Shown: in pieces, positions 47,442 to 56,479 of the stretch
Layout: every line of letters starts with the position of its first letter
Position numbering within the stretch: position 1 is the stretch's first letter
Assembly (NCBI GenBank): GCA_009694955.1
Contig: SIBZ01000001.1
Span: 63-64,062, forward strand
DNA from: Candidatus Tayloriibacteriota bacterium
Lineage (GTDB): Bacteria > Patescibacteriota > Minisyncoccia > Phycocordibacterales > UBA10002
Direction: 5' to 3'
Length of the DNA: 64,000 nt
Translations under genes and position numbers: made by a program
Notes under the pieces: model-generated
The model's database searches: none
What the model was told of the DNA's origin: nothing
The model's input: only the letters and a program-made list of their open reading frames with translations

Positions 47442-47750
47442 ATGAAACGCTTTACCCGAACCAAAGAAGACTTCATCTGCGCCCATTGCGGTACCTGTGT
47501 AACCGGCACCGGTTATACAAACCACTGTCCAAAGTGTCTCTGGAGCAAGCATGTTGATGAAAATCCGGGAGACCGCGCTTCCCTCTGTAGGGGGGCGATG
47601 GCTCCGCAGAGTGTGGAAGTTTTGTCAGGTGTGTACCGAATCCTGCATAAGTGTGAGCGATGTGGTTTCGTCCGAGTTCAGGATGCTTCGAAAGAGGACG
47701 ATATAGAGCGCCTCATTGAGCTCTCGGCTCAGCCGTTTTCAAAACCGTAA
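47442..47750 (+). CDS. RNHCP domain protein
   Basis: FICAHCG, YTNHCPKCLWSKHVD..PGDRASLCRG, HKCERCG. Confidence 0.9.
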   Translation: MKRFTRTKEDFICAHCGTCVTGTGYTNHCPKCLWSKHVDENPGDRASLCRGAMAPQSVEVLSGVYRILHKCERCGFVRVQDASKEDDIERLIELSAQPFSKP

Positions 47751-47754
47751 CGCG

Positions 47755-48939
47755 TCAGTTGGGAAGTAGTGCGTCTTCGAGTGCTTTCTTGAGCGCCGGA
47801 GCGACGTTCTCGTTGAAACTCTCCATACTCACCTGCACGTCTCCTTCGAAAAGCGTGTCGATACTTTCTTTTGTGTGCTTTTTAAAACTGTCGCCGATGT
47901 GACTCATCGTGAGTGCGTTGAGGTCACGCTCGCCGGTCGTATCTCCCATCGAGGAAGTCACAATGAGGCCGATAAGTTTGCCTTCACGGCTCACGATTGC
48001 TCCACCACTTGAACCCTGTTGCGCGACGACTGAGCCTCCGATGGAAAACATATCGGAGGTTCCTCCTTCGAAACTGTAGATGGTGCCCGGCTGTACGATT
48101 GATGAGCTCGGGTAGAGGTCCTTCTGGATATTGATGCCACTGAGGAACCCAGCCGGATATCCGGCGGCAAGAGCTTCTTCCTTCGCGCGGATAGCTCTGT
48201 TGCTGTAGTCCATCGGAATGTACGGGAAGGTCTCAGGCAAAGGGGCATCAACATTTGTCGAACTCTGTATCAGAAGGAGAGCAAAATCGTGTTCTCCTGT
48301 GCCTGTCGCATCGGCAATGTCTATCTTTTTCGCATTCGCTGAAATCCAAAATGGTGAAAGATACAGAAGCTTTGCGCGATAGCGATTTTGCGCCGGTTCT
48401 CCGGTACGGATGACGCAGTCAAGAAAATCTGGAGTGAGGTAATCCTTTAGCAGAAAGTACTGCCCGATGTGCGCGTTGGTGAGGATAACCCCGCGCGGGT
48501 CGATTAAACTGCCGCTTCCCGAAATCGGGTTGAACGACCCGCCCCGCCTCGTCGTGCACAAGATATTCACGAGCGCCTCGCGCGTCTTCGTGTTCAACTC
48601 ATCAAATGAAAGCTGTGGTACGACAGGCTCGGGGGTAACCGGAGTGACGACGGGCGTCGTGGTGGCGGGAGAAGTAGGAAGGGGGACAGTCTTGGCGGTG
48701 GGAACCAAAGGTACTTTTTTTGGAGGAATTTTTACAGGCTCTTTTTCCACGGCGAGTGTTGTTGAGGCTACCTTCGGCTCTTGCACACGCGCCAACGCAG
48801 TTGAAGATGCAAGAGGTTTCTCCGCCACGTCTGCGACCGGCACGGCAGGCACCTCATGCGAAGGTGTAGGCGTTGCCACAGCCCAGAGCAGGGCGATACC
48901 CCCGAGCGCGTGAATAAGGAGTCGGGCAAGAAATAGCAT
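47755..48939 (-). CDS. Exported trypsin-like serine protease
   Basis: SGSGSLID, ILTNAH, DFALL, QGSSGG. Confidence 0.88.
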   Translation of the reverse strand: MLFLARLLIHALGGIALLWAVATPTPSHEVPAVPVADVAEKPLASSTALARVQEPKVASTTLAVEKEPVKIPPKKVPLVPTAKTVPLPTSPATTTPVVTPVTPEPVVPQLSFDELNTKTREALVNILCTTRRGGSFNPISGSGSLIDPRGVILTNAHIGQYFLLKDYLTPDFLDCVIRTGEPAQNRYRAKLLYLSPFWISANAKKIDIADATGTGEHDFALLLIQSSTNVDAPLPETFPYIPMDYSNRAIRAKEEALAAGYPAGFLSGINIQKDLYPSSSIVQPGTIYSFEGGTSDMFSIGGSVVAQQGSSGGAIVSREGKLIGLIVTSSMGDTTGERDLNALTMSHIGDSFKKHTKESIDTLFEGDVQVSMESFNENVAPALKKALEDALLPN

Positions 48940-49028
48940 AGGATTGGATTATACTAAAGTCATCCGCGAATGACGAACGGAAAGGAAAATTGCGAGCATG
49001 CATTTTTTCTGTTAGGCTTTGCAACGAA

Positions 49029-49099
49029 GCGGGATTAGTTTAATGGTAGAACTGCAGTTTTCCAAACTGTAGGCGGGAGTTCGATTCTCCCATCCCGCA
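49029..49099 (+). tRNA. tRNA-Gly(TCC)
   Basis: GCGGGAT/ATCCCGC acceptor stem, gcagt-TTTCCAA-actgt, T-loop TTCGATT. Confidence 0.92.
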
Positions 49100-49264
49100 T
49101 ACACAAGTAACCGGCCCAAGGCCGGTTTTTTTGTGCGGGATAGAAGATGTGGGACATCTTCGTGGGAGAATCGAAGCCTCTTTGAGCATACTTTCGAGCC
49201 TCTGCGAAGAAAGCATCCAAAGAGGGGACTGAGTCTGTAAGACTCGATTCTCCCATCCCGCATA
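49100..49264 (+). mobile_element. tRNA-trailing structured element, copy C
   Basis: 21-bp direct repeat of the tRNA 3' end (49244-49264); antisense tgcgggat..tgggagaatcgaa. Confidence 0.65.
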
Positions 49265-49295
49265 ATAGTAAGTTCAGCCTCACAATTTAGGTAAG

Positions 49296-49327
49296 TACAA
49301 TATATTTGCGGTCGCAAATATATTGTA
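49296..49327. repeat. 32-bp palindrome upstream of the PaaX/Cas2-like gene
   Basis: tacaatatatttgcg-gt-cgcaaatatattgta. Confidence 0.9.
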
Positions 49328-49337
49328 TACTGAAGGG

Positions 49338-49922
49338 ATGCAGATACAGACGGGGAAAAGAAAAAGTACGAAAGAGAGAAAAGCGCGTATCGCTACTGTA
49401 CAAAAAGCGGTACTCTTTTCTCTGGCGGCCGCAGGAGGATTAACCCTTGCGTTACTTGCTCCAAATGCTCTTCAAGTACTTGAGCAATTTGGCTGGGTAA
49501 AGACAAAACGCAACTTTCGGCAGACAATCAATATTTCAGTTGAACGCTTGTCTCGTGCAGGATTGATTATTAAAGATAACGACGGTCACATCAACCTTAC
49601 CAAAAGAGGGGAACAACGTCTTTCTGAATTGGAAAGGATGCACTACCGAATTGATCAACCGAAGAGGTGGGATAATAAATGGCGTTTAGTCAGTTTTGAT
49701 ATAAAAGAAACCCGAAAAGAGGTACGGGAATTATTACGCTCGACACTTCAAAGTGTCGGATTCGTGCGTCTTCACCGGAGTGTCTGGGTATACCCGCACG
49801 ATTGCGAGGATTTTCTCTCACTTCTTAAGGTCGATTATCATATCGGCGTCGAAGTTCTCTATATTATCGCAGATTATATCGAGAATGACGGCTGGCTTCG
49901 GAAGCATTTTGACCTGTCGTGA
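49338..49922 (+). CDS. PaaX-like protein (wHTH plus Cas2-like ferredoxin-fold domain)
   Basis: INLTKRG, KRWDNKWRLVSFDIKE..R..LQSVGFVRLHRSVWVYPHDC. Confidence 0.85.
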   Translation: MQIQTGKRKSTKERKARIATVQKAVLFSLAAAGGLTLALLAPNALQVLEQFGWVKTKRNFRQTINISVERLSRAGLIIKDNDGHINLTKRGEQRLSELERMHYRIDQPKRWDNKWRLVSFDIKETRKEVRELLRSTLQSVGFVRLHRSVWVYPHDCEDFLSLLKVDYHIGVEVLYIIADYIENDGWLRKHFDLS

Positions 49923-49944
49923 TACGGCAAGGTATCAATGAATA

Positions 49945-49976
49945 TACACTATATTTGCGGTCGCAAATATAGTGTA
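49945..49976. repeat. 32-bp palindrome downstream of the PaaX/Cas2-like gene
   Basis: tacactatatttgcg-gt-cgcaaatatagtgta. Confidence 0.9.
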
Positions 49977-50042
49977 CGTCGAGGAAAGTGAGGAAAGATT
50001 TTAGATGGCGCAGATAGAAACGAGAAGGAGTATATTTAGGAT

Positions 50043-50825
50043 TTAGGAACGTAGTGTCTTATCCAATCGTTTCGCTTCCGCCCACGCGAGCTCGTAGATT
50101 TTTTTCATCGCGTCGGCGATTTCCGCGCTCTCTATAATGACGCCGAGCTTCTCGCGCCATGAGGCAATCATCACTTTGTTGTCATAGATATTTATTTCCG
50201 GAGAAAAGTAATATTTATCTTCGGGAACAAACGCAATCTCGCGCTTTTCTTCTTCGTTGTACGAAGAACGTGCCCGCGCGATGAGTGTGCTCGGGACGAT
50301 AGCGCGAATGGCAATACCCGCTCCGGCACGGCGCTTATAGTATTCCGGAAAATAATTCGGGAGGCCTTTGTGCATGTCGTCTACGTTCGCGTACGCACGT
50401 ATCGCCTCTGCTGAAGTGAGCGTATCTTCATATACCTGTTTCAACCCCTCGGTACCCTCATAGAATTTTATTTTTGGGCGGTTTTGCGTGGCGTGTACGG
50501 AACGAAGCTCCGGCAGAAGCGCTTCGGCCCTTGTGATACGTTCCCTTGCGGCCTCGGCTTCCTTTCGAAGGTATGCAATGACCGACTCGGGCGGTTCGGC
50601 CGAGTACTCCTGCTTCGGCTCTTTGCCCGACACATTGACCACACCCTTGTTTGAAAGGGAATCAAGAATGTCATAACCGGTCGTGCGGTTGATACCGGCC
50701 TTCCGGCTGATTTGTGTGACGGTTCCTCTGCCAAGCTCAAGGAGAGCCACATACACTACTGCCTCCTTTTCGCCAAATCCGAGCGAGTGAAGGGTGGCGG
50801 GAAGTTCTTTCATTCCGTCATTCAT
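50043..50825 (-). CDS. TrmB family transcriptional regulator
   Basis: LGFGEKEAVVYVALLELG, INRTTGYDIL, FYEGTEG, INIYDNKV. Confidence 0.9.
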   Translation of the reverse strand: MNDGMKELPATLHSLGFGEKEAVVYVALLELGRGTVTQISRKAGINRTTGYDILDSLSNKGVVNVSGKEPKQEYSAEPPESVIAYLRKEAEAARERITRAEALLPELRSVHATQNRPKIKFYEGTEGLKQVYEDTLTSAEAIRAYANVDDMHKGLPNYFPEYYKRRAGAGIAIRAIVPSTLIARARSSYNEEEKREIAFVPEDKYYFSPEINIYDNKVMIASWREKLGVIIESAEIADAMKKIYELAWAEAKRLDKTLRS

Positions 50826-51004
50826 ACCGGCGAGTGTATCATCTAGCCAAAAATGTGTCAATTTATTTCCACATAAATATGCCTAAGATACTAAATACTA
50901 TTGCAAAATACGGCTTTGTTAAGCATTTATAGTGACGATATCTTTTGACAGTATGTATAGCATTACGATATAATATACTCCGGAAGTCAAACGCCTTGAA
51001 AACT

Positions 51005-51382
51005 ATGAGAAAATTCAGAATTCGACACATGACTGTGTACCCATCGGACCGATGGTTCCTTGATGCAGAGGACGGCGCTAATTTCTTCAGCGAGCGTGGC
51101 TTTGAGGCGGTTCTGCAGAGTGAAGAAGTCCTCGTGACACCTGAGAAACGAATGGTCGTCTTCTTGTGTGTGTGTGACGACGGTTCATTTAAGCTCGTTC
51201 GAAAAGAAGGACGCTATGCGGAAACAATCATTGACCAAGGAATTTCATCGGTGTGCGAAAGTCTTACCGATGAAAACGCTGTCTTCCGCGGAGAAGGAAA
51301 CTATATGGAACACTACCGCTTCTTCTGTTGTGGGGAAGCCAAACAAGGATACTATGAAATTCAAAGTATGGAGAACCGTTAA
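51005..51382 (+). CDS. Hypothetical protein
   Basis: ATG at 51005, divergent from trmB; no family recognised. Confidence 0.45.
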   Translation: MRKFRIRHMTVYPSDRWFLDAEDGANFFSERGFEAVLQSEEVLVTPEKRMVVFLCVCDDGSFKLVRKEGRYAETIIDQGISSVCESLTDENAVFRGEGNYMEHYRFFCCGEAKQGYYEIQSMENR

Positions 51383-51827
51383 GGTTGGGACATATCCAAC
51401 CTGCGCTGACTTGGAAAAAGCTGTAAACGGTAAATGTGGAGGGCGAACGTGGTTTTCAAGTCTGCCTTTCATAATTCAGCCTGCCGGGACACTGGAACTC
51501 ACGTTGGTAAAAGGGTTTCAGCTTGGACAGCGTAGAAACGCAAGCCGTAAAGAGATTTGCGAACTCGCAAAGCGGGCGAGACTTCAGGAATGCCCGAATG
51601 AAGTGGCGGTTCAGTTGGTGTTACAGGATTTTATTGACCCGTACACGTTCGAGACCAACATCGGTTCGACGGAAAAATTGGGAGACCGCTCCGACTGCTA
51701 TATGAGCGTTAACTCCCGACTCGGAATGGTGTGGCTCAACTGCTATGTTGACCAGCCCGAGGGATTCGAACCCTCCATCGTCTGGGTGTTTGTGGTCCCG
51801 CAAACTGAAAAAAGTCTGGCAGTGTAG
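51354..51827 (+). CDS. Hypothetical protein
   Basis: FKVWRTVKVGT...EICELAKRARLQECPNEVAVQL..WVFV; AAGGA upstream; terminator downstream. Confidence 0.65.
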   Translation: MKFKVWRTVKVGTYPTCADLEKAVNGKCGGRTWFSSLPFIIQPAGTLELTLVKGFQLGQRRNASRKEICELAKRARLQECPNEVAVQLVLQDFIDPYTFETNIGSTEKLGDRSDCYMSVNSRLGMVWLNCYVDQPEGFEPSIVWVFVVPQTEKSLAV

Positions 51828-52026
51828 AAATTCAATATACTTCGCAGTTCGCTTCGGCGGACTGCGGGGTTTTTTATTTCTAATATAAAATAAGAAACAC
51901 CACCCCCTCTTCAATTCTCCCCCTCAACTGAGGGGGAGAGGAAGAGGAGAACACAAAACCCGCCGAGTGGCGGGTTTTGTGGAATTCTGGATTCCCGTTT
52001 CCACGGGAATGACAGAAAAGAAAAGA

Positions 52027-52299
52027 CTATTTGACTGCGTCCTTGAGTGCCTTGGCGGCGCGGAATTTCGGAACCTTCATAGCTTGTACCTGCACCATCT
52101 CTCCGGTGCGAGGGTTGCGTGCCTGACGGGCAGCGCGCTGTTTGACTGAGAAGATGCCTAAGCCCGCGATGGAGACTTCCTCTCCGGTCTTGAGCGTGTT
52201 GACGATTGACTCAAGAATCTTGTCTACCGCTTGCTCCGCCTGCACCTTCGTGCCGCCGAGTACGCCGTGGACCGCTTCGACAATACCTTGTTTGTTCAT
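52027..52299 (-). CDS. hup: HU DNA-binding protein
   Basis: MNKQGIV, GLGIFSV, ARNPRTGE, PKFRAAKALKDAV. Confidence 0.97.
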   Translation of the reverse strand: MNKQGIVEAVHGVLGGTKVQAEQAVDKILESIVNTLKTGEEVSIAGLGIFSVKQRAARQARNPRTGEMVQVQAMKVPKFRAAKALKDAVK

Positions 52300-52505
52300 A
52301 GGTATGAAATTATCTTATTCTGTTAACCCCGCGGACCTTCGACAGGGCTGCGGAAACTTATAATCACACTAAACATTATATAGGAGGCCGTTTTTCCCGC
52401 AATAGGTCGAGAAAGATTGACAGAAACCCTATTTATTGTACAGAAATAGAAAAACACCCATTCAAACAGGTGTTTTTCTATTTTCATTCTGCTACTTACT
52501 ATCTC

Positions 52506-54035
52506 CTATCTCGCGAATTCAATGCACCGAGTTTCCCTGATGACGGTAATCTTGATTTCACCCGGGTATTTCAGCTCCTTTTCAATACGGTCGGCAACTC
52601 CGCGGGCCATATTCTTCGCTTCAAGGTCGCTCATCGCTTCCGGTTTGACGAAAATACGGATTTCACGTCCCGCCTGCAAGGCGTACGCTTTCTCAACGCC
52701 GGGGAAGGACGTCGCAATCGCCTCAAGTTCCGCCAAGCGTTTCAGGTAGTTCTCTACCGTATCGCGCCGTGCTCCGGGACGAGCGCCTGAAATAGCGTCC
52801 GCTGTCTGTACGATATACGATTCAATCGTTTCGTATGGGTATTCGCCGTGATGAGCCTCCATCGCCTTAATTACGAGCGGGTCAACGCCGAATTTCTGCA
52901 TAATTCTGCGTCCAATCTCGACGTGGGTGCCCTGTACCTCGTGGTCTACCGCTTTGCCGAGGTCGTGGAGAAGCGCTCCTGCCTTGGCAATCGCCACGTT
53001 CGCCTTCAATTCTTCCGCAATCATACCGGCGATATGCGTCATTTCAATCGAATGCTGGAGTACGTTTTGCCCGTAGCTGGTGCGGAAGTGCAGACGGCCG
53101 AGAATGGCAATAACTTGGGGAGGAAGATTAATCACTCCGCATTCGTACGCGGCTTGCTGACCTTTCTCCTTAATGATTTTGTTGATATCTTGCTGGGCCT
53201 TCTCGACAACACCTTCAATCTTGGCGGGTTGGATGCGCCCGTCCAAAATGAGATTTTCAAGTGCGATGCGTGCGACTTGCCGGCGGATGGGGTCGAACGA
53301 GGAGATGGTAATCGTTCCCGGAGTGTCGTCGACAATCACTTCAACGCCTGTGACGCGCTCGAACGCCTTGATGTTGCGTCCTTCCTTGCCGATAATCTTG
53401 CCTTTGATTTCGTCATTCGGGATGTTGACCGTTGTGGTGAGGATGTCTGGCGAAACGCTGTTTCCGAGACGCTGGATGGCGGTCGTCAGGATTTCTTGAG
53501 CACGTTTCTCCAAGCGCTCTTCTCCAGAACGCTCGAGTTTCTGCATACGCAAGACGATATCCTCCTCATTTTTCTTCTCGAGGTTCACGAAGAGTTGCGT
53601 CTTGGCCTCCTCTTCGGAGAGGTGCGCAACTTTCTCAAGTTCCGCACGCTTTCCTTCCTCCATTTCCGCGATTTTCTCCTTGACGCGTTTTACTTCCGCA
53701 ATCCTAACCTTTATTTCTTCGACCTCTTTGTCGATGTCGGTCTGGCGCTTGTCCAGGAGGTCCTCTTTCTTAATAAGACGGTCTTCGGTTTTCTTGATTT
53801 TTTCTTCTTTTTCCCTGAGTTCACTGCGAGCTTCCGAAAGCACTTTGGTTGCTTCTTCTTCCGCGCGGAGCGTGATTTTCTTCGCCTCCTCGCGGGCGGC
53901 GAGTTCCATTCCCTTGATTTCGAGCTCCATCGAGCCCTTCTTACCAAGCGAAATAATCAGCCGGAGATAGTAGCCTAGTGCGATTCCGATGATGCCCGCA
54001 GCGCTCGCAAGGAGCACTACGAGTTTAACTGACAT
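52506..54035 (-). CDS. rny: Ribonuclease Y
   Basis: N-terminal TM, coiled coil, KH (KGKIIGKEGRNI), HD (LLHDLGK). Confidence 0.97.
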   Translation of the reverse strand: MSVKLVVLLASAAGIIGIALGYYLRLIISLGKKGSMELEIKGMELAAREEAKKITLRAEEEATKVLSEARSELREKEEKIKKTEDRLIKKEDLLDKRQTDIDKEVEEIKVRIAEVKRVKEKIAEMEEGKRAELEKVAHLSEEEAKTQLFVNLEKKNEEDIVLRMQKLERSGEERLEKRAQEILTTAIQRLGNSVSPDILTTTVNIPNDEIKGKIIGKEGRNIKAFERVTGVEVIVDDTPGTITISSFDPIRRQVARIALENLILDGRIQPAKIEGVVEKAQQDINKIIKEKGQQAAYECGVINLPPQVIAILGRLHFRTSYGQNVLQHSIEMTHIAGMIAEELKANVAIAKAGALLHDLGKAVDHEVQGTHVEIGRRIMQKFGVDPLVIKAMEAHHGEYPYETIESYIVQTADAISGARPGARRDTVENYLKRLAELEAIATSFPGVEKAYALQAGREIRIFVKPEAMSDLEAKNMARGVADRIEKELKYPGEIKITVIRETRCIEFAR

Positions 54036-54037
54036 AC

Positions 54038-54172
54038 ATTAAATAGATTCCGCTTTTATGCGTATTTCATCCCTATAGATATGAGTTTTTGAAGTCCCAT
54101 AATGCATAGTTCGAGTAGTCGTAAAGGGAAGATAGTCCGATACAAACGAAACCGTGAATAACAATTTTTAAT
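54038..54172 (-). ncRNA. Candidate rod-shaped leader / 6S-like RNA upstream of rny
   Basis: Promoter TGGACT-17-TATATT (54207-54179); 5' AUUAAA pairs with 3' UUUAAU, with nested helices. Confidence 0.3.
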
Positions 54173-54235
54173 GGATTCAATATACAAGAAAGTACAAAAA
54201 AAGTCCAACTCTATCGGAAGGTTTTTGGGAAAGAG

Positions 54236-54697
54236 TTACTGTAGTTTAATTCTTCCTTCAGCAATAGCTTTTGTAAGATGAACGCAAAAAAGCCACCAGA
54301 ATAACACAAGCACAACAAGGCCTATAATCCATCCAAAAACCACTTGATGCGCCAACAGCTGACTCACCATAGCCATGCATGCAATCACCACATTGAAACC
54401 AAATACAATATGTGTCCATTTAACAATGTCAGCCTTCACTTTTGAAAGCTTAATGGTATAGACAAGGCCTAAAACAAGTGAAACCAGATAAAGCTCAACG
54501 ACAATACCTACAAAACCATCAAAAGCAGCATGACCAAACGAATTAGCGATGCTATTCCCAATCACGTACATACACGCTCCAAAGATAATGTTTAAGATCT
54601 CAACAACGATAACAGACCACATAAAACCAGTCTTTTTGTTTGAATTCGCCACTATTGATTCTTGTGGAACATTCCGTATATTCAGATTCTGATCCAT
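54236..54697 (-). CDS. Four-TM hypothetical protein, AT-rich
   Basis: Four hydrophobic helices; composition differs from flanking genes. Confidence 0.7.
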   Translation of the reverse strand: MDQNLNIRNVPQESIVANSNKKTGFMWSVIVVEILNIIFGACMYVIGNSIANSFGHAAFDGFVGIVVELYLVSLVLGLVYTIKLSKVKADIVKWTHIVFGFNVVIACMAMVSQLLAHQVVFGWIIGLVVLVLFWWLFCVHLTKAIAEGRIKLQ

Positions 54698-54785
54698 ATA
54701 TAAAATACAAGGCGATGTCCAAAAATGTGCTTTTTCCCCAGTCTATTTCGAGTAATAGAACTTTCCTATAAAGATTTCAGCATGT

Positions 54786-55373
54786 TTACTGTATGACCTG
54801 TATCACCTTATCCACGATGCCGTACTTCTTGGCCTCGTCGGAGGTCATGAAGAAGTCGCGTTCAACGTCTTTTTCGATTTGGGTGAGCGGTTTGCCGCAG
54901 TTTGCCGAGAGCATTTTGTTCAGCTTGTCTTTAGTCTGGAGGATGTGTTTCGCGGTGATGGCGATGTCCGTTGCTTGGCCTTCCACGCCTCCGAGCGGTT
55001 GGTGAATCATGACTTCCGCGTTTGGAAGAATGTAGCGCTTTCCCTTCTTTCCCGACGAGAGTACCATCGCGGCGCCCGAGGCGGCGATACCGACACAGGT
55101 CGTCGCCACGTCATTCTTGATATGGTTCATCGTATCTATGATGGCCATAGTCGAACTCACCGAACCTCCGGGAGAGTTGATGTAAATATTCACCTCCTTT
55201 TTCGGGTCTTCCGACTGAAGGAAGAGAAGCTGCGCGATAACGAGGTTCGCGGTATGGTCGTCTATCGGGCCCGCGAGGAAGATAATGTTCTCCTTAAGGA
55301 GGCGCGAGTAAATATCATACGCGCGTTCGCCGTAGGTGGTTTTCTCGATAACTGTCGGTATTAAGATGTTCAT
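54786..55373 (-). CDS. clpP: ATP-dependent Clp protease proteolytic subunit
   Basis: [29 protein letters not shown]. Confidence 0.97.
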   Translation of the reverse strand: MNILIPTVIEKTTYGERAYDIYSRLLKENIIFLAGPIDDHTANLVIAQLLFLQSEDPKKEVNIYINSPGGSVSSTMAIIDTMNHIKNDVATTCVGIAASGAAMVLSSGKKGKRYILPNAEVMIHQPLGGVEGQATDIAITAKHILQTKDKLNKMLSANCGKPLTQIEKDVERDFFMTSDEAKKYGIVDKVIQVIQ

Positions 55374-55524
55374 ATGATACGAATTACGAAGTACTACTAA
55401 TGCAACGGAAAAATACGAATAAGATGGGAAGAGAATAGCAGAAAAAGAGCGAATTGACAAACAGTGGATTTATTATATTGTGGTACTGAACGTTCTCAAC
55501 CAAAACTGCAGTCCCTATCTTGTT

Positions 55525-55767
55525 ATGAATGAACCGAAAGAAGAGTTTCCTCCGTCGATGCGGGAGGCGGTCCTGTGGGGCGCAATCTGCTGGATTGCGA
55601 CAGGCATTGTTGTCGGCGGTATCGCGAAGGCAATTTACGAATGGGGGAGTGACGCCGTGGGAGTTCTCATTTTGTGCGTCTTCGTTGTCTTCTCCGTTGC
55701 CGTCTTCTCGCGGAAGAAAGGGGAGAACTTCCTCGACAACTACGATAAGGACGAGGCGGAGCATTGA
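55525..55767 (+). CDS. Small two-TM hypothetical protein
   Basis: Two hydrophobic helices, acidic tail, terminator at ~55824-55857. Confidence 0.55.
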   Translation: MNEPKEEFPPSMREAVLWGAICWIATGIVVGGIAKAIYEWGSDAVGVLILCVFVVFSVAVFSRKKGENFLDNYDKDEAEH

Positions 55768-55879
55768 ACCGTTCTGTCCCTGGTGCGGAGTCGTCCTTTG
55801 GTCGACTCTTTTTTTACCAACGTAAAACCCGCTTCGACTTTCGGCGAGGCGGGTTTTGATGAGTTCTGTGTTTGTCCCC

Positions 55880-56302
55880 TTACTCAGCAATCACGACACC
55901 GACGGTTGTGGGTGAGTTGAGGTTTTTGTAGCCCCAGATACCCGGTATGGTGACGGTAACTCCGAACGTTTCTCCTTTGTGGATTGAGCGCGATGCTTCA
56001 AATCCGAGATAGCCACTCGTGGCGTCCTTCGGGTCCTTTATCGGCGCGACGCGGAGCGATTTCCCGCTCGCGTTCAGGAAGAGGACAGAGTCGCCCCTCT
56101 TGATTGACACAACCGTGGGACTAAACCCTGTGTCGGTGTACGTTACGTTTACCGTCTTGTGCACGCCTGAGTCTTCCGTTGTTACCGAGGGTGAGGCGAG
56201 TGACGATGTACCTGTCGCAAGGTCAGAGGGACTTCGGAGCGCGACTCCGGTGGCGAGGACCACAGCTGCGAGAAGGCCGAGCGCTAGATGTGCTTTGTTC
56301 AT
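55880..56302 (-). CDS. Exported cupredoxin-like protein lacking Cu ligands
   Basis: VTYTDTGFSPTVVSIKRGDSVLFLN...PGIWGYKN. Confidence 0.7.
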   Translation of the reverse strand: MNKAHLALGLLAAVVLATGVALRSPSDLATGTSSLASPSVTTEDSGVHKTVNVTYTDTGFSPTVVSIKRGDSVLFLNASGKSLRVAPIKDPKDATSGYLGFEASRSIHKGETFGVTVTIPGIWGYKNLNSPTTVGVVIAE

Positions 56303-56479
56303 ATCGGTTACTTATGAGTAGGAAATAATAATCTACATATTGTACGCTGTTTTCAGGTTTCTGACATCGAAAGTTATCAACAGCATGGTACAATACGAAC
56401 TTACGAACACCGATACGAAATTACGAAAATAACACCCCACCTCAATCCTCCCCTCTGAAGAGGGGAGGAGGGGAAGAAA

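Noticed and set aside
49296-49976. CRISPR-Cas locus (Cas2-like domain plus 32-bp repeats)
   Set aside because: Only two repeats, 617 bp apart with a gene between them; no spacers and no cas1 or effector; the protein has a PaaX-type wHTH.
52848-53978. Long antisense ORFs (376 aa here; also 11305-12348, 1493-2440, 20002-20826, 59583-60527)
   Set aside because: Shadows of well-supported genes on the opposite strand, with no recognisable motifs.
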